Position numbers and translations under genes: made by a program. The notes under the pieces are model-generated. The model searched no databases. It had not been told where the DNA came from and saw only the letters and a program-made list of their open reading frames with translations. Positions 46,101-56,307 of a stretch of DNA of 64,000 bases are shown one piece after another; the stretch's first letter is position 1; the number at the start of each line of letters is the position of its first letter. The stretch comes from Klebsormidium nitens (taxonomy: Eukaryota; Plantae; Klebsormidiophyceae): NCBI GenBank assembly GCA_000708835.1, contig DF236996.1:154397-218396 (forward strand), in the 5' to 3' direction.

Positions 46101-49100
46101 CCTGGGCGGTAACTTGCGCACAAAGTCTGGGCGGATGGGCAGACCGTGCAGTCGGACCTGGATCAGTACTTGAGACTAGAGAAACCTTACAAGTACGAAA
46201 AGCAGAGGGAAACGCGGGATCGACGAAATGGAACCAGAAGAAACTCAAGCCTTACCCTGGGCGGTAACTTGCGCGCGAAATCTGGGCGAATGGGCAGACC
46301 GTGCACTCGGACCTGGCCCGGTTGGAGGCCCGCCTTGAGCGCGCGCTCGCCCACCCTGTCCGTGGGGCAGAAACACGTCGTCACCAGCTTGTGGAACCTG
46401 CGGCCACGTCACCATGACGTCAGTATGAGGAAACCTTCTTTGGGGCAGTTGATTCAAGTACATAGCTCTTAGAGTGGACGGCTTCAGCATCTGCGCTCGC
46501 TGCGACCTTCCATTGGACCGAGCGAGTAGTTTCAGCTCGCGAAACTTGCTCTCAAGAGGACGGAGATGCGTCGTGACGGGGTGCAGCGATCCGAAGTCGT
46601 TTCAAATGTTGCTTTCCTTAAATATTTCTCGTCTTTCCGAGCCATCGCAAAAAGCATGGACGTATTTGTGGTGAGATTTGGGCAATAGCAGAGCGAAATC
46701 GACATGCATTCGTTCATCTTGTGAGTCTGTATAGAAGAGCGAAGGCATTGCAGAGAAACTGCTGCAAAGCTCAACACTGCAAGTAGGGCGCACATCATCC
46801 GGTGCCGCCAGGAAGGGACGAGGAAAAATTGAGCAGATTACAGCACAAAACATACAAAAAGACAACCTTCAAAGTTCGGGATGAGGGGAAACGCACAAAG
46901 TTGTCAATCATTCCTTTCGTAACCAGAAACAAAGAAAAGTAGGTGAGTGGAAAGACGACGTTTAGTGAAGAGGAACCGATACGGGAACGACAGGGGGTCA
47001 GGAAACGAAGAAGCTCGACAAACAAAAGCAGAAAGAAAGGGATGAAACTAGAGCGGGGAGAAAGGGCGTTCACCATGTGGCGTGGCAGGTGTCAAGGTGG
47101 CATTCTTTCTCTGGGGCCAGAACTACTGAACAAAGAAATCAAGTCAACGCGCACAGGGTACAAAGCCAACTTTAAGAACAATAAATCTGGGAAAACGAGC
47201 CGTCATCAAGTGGGGTGCCAAGTAAGAGAAACAGACGACCGCTTCGTAAGCAGAACCGGTAAAAACAGACACGTGAGTCAACCCACAAATAAGTAAGAGA
47301 ATAACTCATACCAACCAGGGAACGAACTAGAGCGGGGTCAAAAGGTATTTACCAGGTGGGGTGGCAGGTGTCGAGGTCGGTAATGACGGTGGTGAAGGGG
47401 ATGCGGTGGAGGAGGCCGCGCGAGCGGAGGACGCGCAGGGGCACGTGCTGCATCAGCGGGTGCACGCTAACGATGATGTCAGGCTTGTACTTGACGAACG
47501 CCTTGGCCATCTCCCTGCAGAAGAGGATACAATTGGAGCTGATCAAAAAGTTCGACACGAGGCTCTTCAACATGGCCGGACGTATTTCCCTTCGATTAGG
47601 GACACGACCGATTGTGTCCGGTTTGGACATGACGAACGCCTTCGCCATCTCTCTCAGTGCAAAAAGAGAGGCATCGTGTTGGAAAGATTGACGCAATCTC
47701 CTTCTTCCCAACTGCTGATAGTTTTAAAAATGTCAGGCTTGTACATAACGAACGCCTAAAACGCCTAGTGTCTTTCTTTCCGGATAACCCCGTCGGAAAC
47801 ACTTCTACGCAGGCCTACAAAAAGTAAGGTGGGTTGATCGTGCTTGTCTCCGGCCAATGATACCAACGCCTTGGCAATCTCCTTCAAACGTGCAACAATA
47901 CACCCACCGAGAGGAGAGAGGGGGCTTCTGAATCCGGTCAATTGTTCTTCTTCAATTGTTAAAAGCCCAGTGATTGGACGTGAGCTTGACACGAATCGTC
48001 CTGGGAAACATGCACCAGGTTACGAGAAAAGACACGGGCCACTAAACTGTGGTCGAAAGAACTTCTTTAGATCTGCTCGTATGCCACCGTTCGACATGCT
48101 GCTAACAAGGAGGTCCCTGGGACGAGAAAAGGTGCGCCACATCAAAAAGTCGACTTGGACCTCTGAGATGTGCAACGTGGTTCACTGCCATATTTTGTAA
48201 ATGCTGATTCCAAAATCCTCGACGTGAAACTCTCACACGAGGGTCTGTGCTTTCAAGTTGCCTGAGTTTGGAGAGGCCTTCGCTGTGAGCTGTGTCGTTA
48301 CGCATAGAGTTCAGGACAGACTCGATGAAATCAACCAACGATACAGGAACGGAAACGAGTCACAACAAAACGGGGAAAGAGCGCTTGCCTGGCAACGAAG
48401 GCGGTGGTGGCGACAAAGTGCGGCTGGTGGATAAATTTGGGGCTGCTGAAGTCGAACGCGAGCTTCCAGATCCACTCGTGCTTCACCATGAAGCTGTAGC
48501 TGTCGGGGAACGTGTTGAACGGCCACGGGGTGTGCTCCTTCCACATATCTACGATGATCACCTGCCAAAGGCCGCCGATTCAACCTTTAGAAGTCTTGGA
48601 AATTCACTGATTCACTGGTTGGGCCCATATCGAAAAGTGAGTCGCCAAAGGGTCTTGGTTGATCATTTGACGGTAAAATGACTGGAAGTAAGAAGAAAAT
48701 CAAAGGGACGTGTTGAACAGCCACAGGGTGTGCTCCTTCTACATTATACAATGATTACTTGCCCAGATTAAGCTTCCGGCATCAAGAACTCTAGAATTCT
48801 ACACTTTCTGGGCCTGCAGCATAGGGTGAGTTCGTACAAGGGTCTTGTAGATTTGGTCGGTCGATGGTAAGCTGAGTGGAAATAAATGTGGAAATGAAGG
48901 AACGTGTTGAACGGCCACGGCGTGTGCTCCTTCCACATGTCTACGATGATTAGGACGCAGGGTCTGGGTTCCAGCTTTGAGAACTCTAAAATTCTACACT
49001 TTTGGGTGAGTTCGTAAAAGGGTCTCGTGAATTTGGTTCAGTCGATGGTAAGATGAGTGGAAATTAAAGTGAAAATGAAGGTACTTGTTAGAACGGCCAC

Positions 49101-51714
49101 GGCGTGTGCTTCTTCCACATGTCTGCGATGATCACTTGCGAAGGGGCGCAGTGCCTCAGTTCCAGCTTTGAGAACTCCAAAAATCTACACTTGCCGGGCC
49201 CGCAAGTAGGGTGAGTTTGTGAAAGGGTTTCGTTCTCTGGATCATTCGACGGTAATATGAGCGAAAGGCAAAGGATGTCAAGGAACGTGCCAGAAGTGGG
49301 TTTGAAGTGTCTGGGAGCACATTGTAAGGTGGACGCATAAAAGTGAACTCTTGATGAAGTGGAATATGTCGAATATTCACGGCATGTGCTCCTTCCACGT
49401 GTCTACAAGGATCATCTGCGGAGTGGCGGATGGTCTGATTCCCAGCTTTGAAAAGATCCTGGAGGTTCACACTGGTGGGCCAACAGCGAAGGTGGCCAAA
49501 GGGTCTGGGGGTCTTAATACGTTGACGGTACGATGAGTGGGAGTCGAAACGAGATCAAGGAACATGTTGAACGGCTATAGCTTGTGCTCCTATCAGATGT
49601 CCACGATAAATAAACAACTATGACGGGGTGCAGAGTTCCAGTCTGCGCTGTAAGACCTCGGTATTGCTGTCAGCAGATGAAGCAAACTATCATTTGGATA
49701 TTCGGATGACAGCGAAGTACTTCAGCAGACTGACCCGAATCTTCCATATCTAAAATGTAATGTGTCCCCCATGAGAAGCCTTCAGTCAGTTGCTTTGAAA
49801 TTGGTCGGTGACAGAAGTCGATCTTCAAAGTCCGAATCGGAAGCCTCGCTTTTCTGTTGTAGACAAGGAGGTCTACCGCGCGCACCTATCACCACCCAAT
49901 GGCAACGCAGCTTTGCCAGAGCAAACAAAAGAACTGCCGTGCGCCCTTCAACAACCCTTTACAGCTGGGATCAATGCCCCGTTTAATCCAGTCGGATTCA
50001 GCATCAGACACCCAGTACTCAACACCATTCTAATGATTTCAACGTTGCAAAGGAAGGTGAGGGGTGCCATCAGAGGGGCAAAAAGTGTTATTATAGCATT
50101 GGGCCTTCACATCATCAGTGCTGCCTGAGAAAAACGACGGGGAAGGTCGCAACGCATCTTAAGCAGCACTGCGATGCAACACCTGCCAGGTTTTATAACG
50201 GTCGCACTGTGTTTTACAGTCCTACGCATGTGGCTGCTATTGCAGATGGCGGACCAGACTGGTGTAGCTTTGCAGTCAGTTTTATCTGGATGTACTCTCA
50301 CTTTACAGGCTGACACGTGTGAGTGGAAAGAAAAATCCCAACCAAGCACTATCGAGATGTGCAGTGTTGTGCGACGAGGAGACACAAGCATGCTGTTGAT
50401 CCTTTTGGCGTCCGGCTTCGCTTTGCCGACCAGCAAAGTTCCCAACACACCACTTCTCAACAGTGTGCCTGATTCTCCATATAACCTCCTTGAAAAGTGG
50501 TACTTCTTTTCTGGGATGGAGCCTCACATTATTCAATCACGTCACATACAGAAACATCCTGTAAGTGGCCATCCTTCAGTGTGGTCATTGCTGATTCAAC
50601 GTCCTCTAATCTTCAAGACAGTCTCATTAAGCGACCACGTCTTTCAGAGACATTGTGAGAAGTGATCTTGACATGGTAAAAAGGTGTGTGGTTGTGCTGG
50701 ACACTTCATCGGCCTTTTTGCAATCCAGTGATGCCTGCTTCATTCAGCAACTTGAGTACGCAATAAAGACCTTTTCAAAAAGCAATGCACGCTGAAAAAA
50801 GTGAGCAAAAGATGTGCTTTGCACAGTAGCGGTTCTCCATTTCTGTGATTGAACCAAAATACTTTATTTGAACTTCTATACCCACTTTGACTGGCCCTGT
50901 TCCATTGCTCTAAACAAGGCCCATGCATTTGCACTCATATTCAATGAAGCATAGACTTGATTCCAATGCTTGACTGATTCGTAGCTTGCAAGAGTTCCTT
51001 ATGAAGCACTGCAGCCAACCAGTAGACCCAGCATTGTCACCTCATGAATCAAAAGCTAGGAAGTCAGCTAAAGCCAGCAACCAACTACCAGGCACAGAGG
51101 AACTTAGGAAGAACCCAAACACATTGGAAAGGAGCACCGCCTTCAGCGCTTACCTCATACTGCGTCCCAAACTCCAGAAAGAATGCTGACTTCAGCGCTT
51201 GCGCGCTTGCGCGATGGCCCCCTCCCGTGTCGCTCATCAAAATGAGCACTGTTTTAGGGCCTCCCCGTTCCACTACCGCCTTTCCTTTCGCCCCTCCCGC
51301 CGACGCCAGCAATAGGGGGTCAAAATCCAAGCCGTTGGCACCCCCGGCGTCCGTCGGTGCATTGCTCCCCCCCCCCAACGAAAACGGGTTTAAGCGCATG
51401 CTTCTTTCGAGCAACTTGTCGAGAGCGGAGCTGCTAGGAGTAAGGACGGGCTCAGGAACGGCCATGTGGGTGGGGGTTCGTCGCTTGAACCTTCGCTTTT
51501 GGGGTGCCGCGTCATTTTCCTCTGTCAACAAACCCGGTTTTTGAAGGAGGGGGACGGCTTTTGGTCTCAGCAAAACGGGTGACTGCGCAACGGGGGGGTT
51601 GCAGGAGACTCGCTCTAAAGAACGGTGCTTTGCGGAAGTGCTTTTGCTCCTGCTCAGTGCGGCTTCGAAGAGGTGATGAGAGGCATGGGAAAGGGCGAGA
51701 GAGAGAGACGCCAT
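43108..51714 (-). CDS. MGD1: Monogalactosyldiacylglycerol synthase (GT28), 8 exons, about 547 aa, with a plastid-transit-peptide-like N-terminus
   Basis: Exons 51714-51154, 48561-48389 (GC donor), 47514-47353, 46397-46256, 45420-45196, 44613-44476, 43973-43825, 43201-43108. Motifs: [83 protein letters not shown]. An alternative ATG lies at 51765. The MGD1 versus other MGD type assignment is tentative. Confidence 0.95.
44298..44377 (-). repeat. Echo of the MGD exon 6 end plus donor, with identical peptide
   Basis: 44377-44327 encodes [17 protein letters not shown], the same as the real 44526-44476, and is followed by GTAAGG and a copied intron start. Confidence 0.95.
45490..46165 (-). repeat. 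MGD intron 4: three donor echoes and one acceptor echo
   Basis: Copies of [15 protein letters not shown]|GT lie at about 46162-46095, 45985-45920 and 45770-45715. A copy of cag|[21 protein letters not shown] at about 45575-45495 ends in TAG. Confidence 0.9.
47040..47890 (-). repeat. Echoes around MGD exon 3 (one donor side, three acceptor side)
   Basis: aactagagcgggg...ccangtggngtggcaggtgtc at about 47045 versus the real copy at about 47330. Fragments of gacgaacgccttngccatctc and atgtcaggcttgtac at about 47630, 47730 and 47865 versus the real 47475-47517. Confidence 0.8.
48562..49620 (-). repeat. Tandem array with a unit of about 180-200 bp in MGD intron 1; each unit carries the exon 2 acceptor region and the first 50 nt or so of the exon
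   Basis: ggaacgtgttgaacggccacggngtgtgctccttccacat starts at 48507 (real exon), 48705, 48899, 49080, 49282 (partial), 49361 and 49559. Spacer motifs (ccagctttgagaactc, gggtgagttc, gacggtaa.atgagtgg) recur in most units. Confidence 0.92.
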
Positions 51715-52579
51715 TTGCGGCGCAGGCGTGGCACTGGTCGGCCTCTCTTCCGTTGATTCGTCCATCTTTCCACTTAACTAAGGTCAAACAATCCCACACC
51801 AACCTCGTGTCTCATTCGGCGCCCGTCTTTTGCAGCCCCAAAAACGGTGCACTTTTCCTCACCAGACCGTCATATCACATGCAAAGCAACTCAAACAGCT
51901 GACAGCTTGCATAAAAAGGCCCAAGTAAGAATGCCTGGCTTGCTCCACAATGGCGACCGAAGAACGGCAACCCGGCGCCAGTGCTTTTCCCTCTCCTTCC
52001 CAGGCCTTCCTTGCGCAAGGTTCCAACTTCCAACCTTGTCGGAGGGTTATCCACAAGTTTCCGATTCCCACCCAAACTTTGTTGGATCCCATGAGAACCC
52101 TTAGAAAGTTCTATCTTCAATTTGAGTGTGCGACTGCTGCTTTAACTTGCTAACAGTTTTCTCAATCCCGAAAATCCCGCTTAGGTGCCAATCCGCGTGG
52201 CAGTCTGCTCATGCAGAGCTACTGTCGCACGTGTGTTCAGATTCTCAGATTCCTTCCGTGCAAAAGGTGCCAGCTCGATCTAGTTCCTGGCCTGGAAACA
52301 TTTTCGGATTTTCCCCACGTTTCCACGTTTTGCTCAGCGGTGGATTTGGTCCAGCAAGAAGACAGCTCAAGCTGTTTTTCTCAGACGCATTAGACGGTCA
52401 GGTGCCACTGGGTTGAGAGGGAAGTCCAAACAGAAGTCTCCCGTTTATTGATTCTGGGGAAGGAATTTTGTGGAGCCGCCGTCACCTCCGCCGCCCATCT
52501 TCCATCTCGCTCGCGAATCTGGACAAAAACGTAAAAGCTTCACAGCTCAACGAGGTACACCCGCACAGAAAGCTCCACT

Positions 52580-55166
52580 ATGGGATCCGACACCGACGAA
52601 GCCACCGGCAAACCCCGGCGCGCCCCCCCACGAAATGCGCAGAAGCAGGTTCTGGTGTGGACTCTAGCTGGTGGGCTCCTCCTTGCGGTGGGCATCTACC
52701 TGTTTGCTAGCGAAACGAGCGTTGCGGAGCTGCGAACCCGCACGCAGGATATGGTGTCTGGGCGGGTTGCGAGCAGGGTTGTGAAAAGTATGGAGTCTGT
52801 GAAGGTAGCAGCAACTGGGGCGGTCTCCGGGGGGACGGATCTTGCGAGAGCGGAGGCGGTATATCGGAGGAATGTGAAGCGGAGGGAGGCGGCATATGGG
52901 CCCCGGCTGGACGGCCAATACCTAGGTGCGCAACTTTGGATATTGACATTGCAGAGTGAAAGTGCAACTGTAGTCTCCCAGAAGGAATTTAACGTTTCTC
53001 CTGAAAAATCCATGTCTGCCCTGTTTGAAGGTTGACGCTTGTGAAATTGACGAACCTCTTTGCATCAAGATGAAGTGTGCGCCATAAGATCTTTGCACAT
53101 CTTCGCACTTCGCATCCCCAAAAGGTGATGCAAACCGTCCTTCGGTGAGACCGCTTATGTTTGCTTGGTGAAGAAAAGCAGGCGGAAGTCTAGTCGGGTC
53201 TTCTGTGGGGTTCTGCACCAGTGTTGCAGTGAATTCTCTTTTCTCAGAGCGTTCCGTAGTAGATGTTATTCCCTGTGTTATTGGGATGTGAAAACCGGCT
53301 ATCTTTGGCTCTGGGAAAATTTTTGGCCATCTACTTTAGCTTGCATACTGTTGAGGAGGCAGTAGCCTCCCTTAAGCGGCACCTCTTTTATTTTGCAACT
53401 TTCTCTGACTTCTGTTGTGGCTGAAAGGTGGTGGAGGCTTGTTACAATCTATTTTTCTGGCTGAAGGTGGTTGAAGGTGGTCGAAATGTTGATATCAAGT
53501 CAGACGATACGTCACTGCATTGCAATTACACGGTAGTCAGTTGTCCACAAGTCTCCTCTGTATCAAACGGACTTTGCAAATCCTCTTCGAGCACCGCCCT
53601 AGATTCACAAAAGATTGCTGACACAGTGTGAAAGCAGCTAATCATGGGTGACACCAGCTGGCAATCCAAGTTCTGGGCGAACCCTTTATAGGCGCCTAGC
53701 TGATCTCAGCACTCGCTCAGACGGCCTCCTCGAACTGTCGCGTACTTCTCTCCACGGTTTGTCCAGGGACCATCTGGACCGTTGCCTTACTACATTGTGA
53801 TTGTTGCTTGCCGTCAGTAACCACTTAAGTGTACTCATGTTGACTCTCTCCTTCGAGCCGTGCAACTCTTAAAATTCTGGGAGCCAATTTCCTGTTTTTC
53901 AGTCCCTTGGTGGCTTTGTCTAGATGACAGAGAATGGCAGCGAACTTAGACACCACTGCTTCCTCTTAGAAGCCCCAGGTTTTGTGTTTGATGTGGCCTG
54001 CTAATCGCAATTGCCAGTCTCACAATTTGAGAGTTATTGGGCAGTGGGACGGAGACAATTGAACGCCTTAAGAGTGGATGACTGGATGAAGTATTCGAAA
54101 GTCGTTTCTCTTTCTGTCTGTTCTTCCAAGTCATTTCAAGACCGACAAGTCAATTCCAGCAGTGTGCGCGCATAGAAAACGAGTCAATGCTCTCCTGGCC
54201 GTGAAAGAGAAATTAGCCAGCCAATCAAAGAGAAACCTTCCACATTGGAAACCGCCCGTGTCAGTGTCCCCCTCCTTACTGTTTCAAATGAGTTCCTGGC
54301 CTTGGCAAGGAAGTTCCAGCGCAGACTTCAGCTCTCCCAGCCTGTCTACATGCACTTAGCAGTGGGCTTGTCCGCTCAGTAAACCAAAGCAACCTACTTC
54401 GTCGCCTTGTAATGAACACAGTCTTTTCCTCCTTCAGCTAAGGGCGCGGTTTTACTTTTAATGAGAACTGTTTGCTTTGGCTTCAGTAAGGAAACGATCT
54501 TACATATAGTGGAAACTGTTCCTTCTACCTTCAGGTAAGGGCGCGGTCTTCCAGTACTTCCAGCCCATCTACCCGTGCGTTGCGGAGGAGCGCGTCGGCT
54601 CCTGGAAGGATGGCGGCAAGTGGCTGTGTGACGTCAGCAGCCTCGGGCCGCGCTCGGTGGTCTACAGCATCGGCTCGTACGAGCTGGTGGACTTCGAGGA
54701 GGCGCTGTACGACCTGACGTCATCCGAGATCCACGTGTTCGACCACACGCTCAACTCGGAGCAGCAGGCGCGGATGAAGGCGAATCAGAAGTTTCACTAC
54801 CACGCGATCGGCCTCGGGGGCGCGGAGAAGGAGGGGCGGCTCTTGCCGCTCATGACGATCATGGAAACGCTAAAGCATGACTTCGTGGACGTGCTGAAGA
54901 TCGATTGCGAGGGGTGCGAGTTCTCGGTGTTTCCCGCGATTTTCCAGGCGTTCGCGGGGCGGGACCCGCCGTTTGGCCAAATACAGTTGGAGGTACACGA
55001 GTATCATGGGGATGTTTGGGACAACGTGAGGGACTTGCTCACGTTGATTGAGAGCCGGGGGTATCGTATGTTCCACATTGATATGAACTGGGAGTGCAAG
55101 GAGTGCATGGAGGTGGCCTTCATCCACGAAAGCGTGGTGCGGTCGGATAAAGTGGCGTCGACATAG
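52580..55166 (+). CDS. Type II membrane SAM-dependent methyltransferase (Methyltransf_22 / METTL24 / FkbM-like), 2 exons, about 325 aa
   Basis: Exons 52580-52925 and 54535-55166 (phase 1). N-terminal TM VLVWTLAGGLLLAVGIYLFA. Motifs: RVGSWKDGGKWLC, VVYSIGSYELVDFEEAL, EIHVFD, DVLKIDCEGCEF, QIQLEVH. Confidence 0.85.
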
Positions 55167-56307
55167 ATAAGTAACACGGGGGGGGTAAAAATAGGTGGAC
55201 AGGAGCGGAAGTTTGCTGTATTATCAACGTACGCTGAGAACATTCCTAACGGATAAGTGAATTGGACGTTTGCATCTAATCTGAGCTACTTGTGATGCCA
55301 AGCTTTGTTTGTCTGCAAGCTCGTCGAAGCTTTCAAAAAGGACGAGTTCTATAATCTGTGCAGGCTGACCGCGGACCTTTTAGAGAAGCTGCTCGTGTTC
55401 GATCTGCCCTCATCTCGTGTACCATCCTTGTGCTGAATGCGGCTTGGACCCTAGGATTGACTTGACCGGCGCTAATCATTTATGCGTGTTCATGCATTGA
55501 GCTGCCGCCATGGTCACTGACCTGCGCCTAGTAGTTGATTGCATGCATTGAAAATGCTCATTATACTGCGCTGCGTAGGCAGTTGACTCAGAGTGCGGCA
55601 TGACCATGATGACCATCCATGTGTGCGAGCCAATCAGCGCGTGCTGACGGTAAGACCATGCATGGGAGTGCAGCCGGCCCGGCGGCCAACCTGTCGATTC
55701 ACGTGTCTTGTAATTAAGTTAGTACGGTAACAATCCTACTCGTGTTGAATTCACGCAACTAGCATCATCCGGTATACTGATGCATTTGCATGACCTCTTG
55801 AGCTTTATGGCGCAGCGGCCACCCCATATATAAAGACACAATAAGTTAAGGAACGGAAGTCAAGGCGCACAAAAGCTCGATGTTTATGTTTTCGTGACCA
55901 ACATACCGAATCTAGTATATGTCCGGAATGATCCCCTTGCTGTGTAAAGTGGACTGAAGGACTAATCGGACATCAAACTCAACCGTCGGTTCTCCAGATG
56001 GTGTGGGCACGCAAGGCGACTGGCTGGTCGTACTTATTTGCCCGTCGTCTCTCTTCAGATCTTAAAAGTATGGACCCAAAATTTCGCTAGCGGTGCCTGT
56101 AACACCTCTGCCAAGTAGGCCGGTTAAGCTTTTCAAAGGGACATACCATGTCCCTGTAAGAGACATCCGGGATTCCCTCGATTGTATGTTACAGACAAGA
56201 CGCCGAATACTGATTGCAAGTTTTGACGTCGTGGACGGATCTGAACAACCAACTCTTTTTCTACATAGGCTCCAGGCGGCACGATCAAAAGACGCGCCTC
56301 TTCAGGA

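Noticed and set aside
48500-49620. Regularly spaced repeats as a CRISPR array
   Set aside because: The context is eukaryotic, the whole unit including the spacer is homologous between copies, the repeat is an exon fragment, and there are no cas genes.
50174-50665. 163-aa plus-strand ORF in MGD intron 1 as a nested gene
   Set aside because: No recognisable motif, TTG/GTG-type start, and codon usage unlike the real exons.
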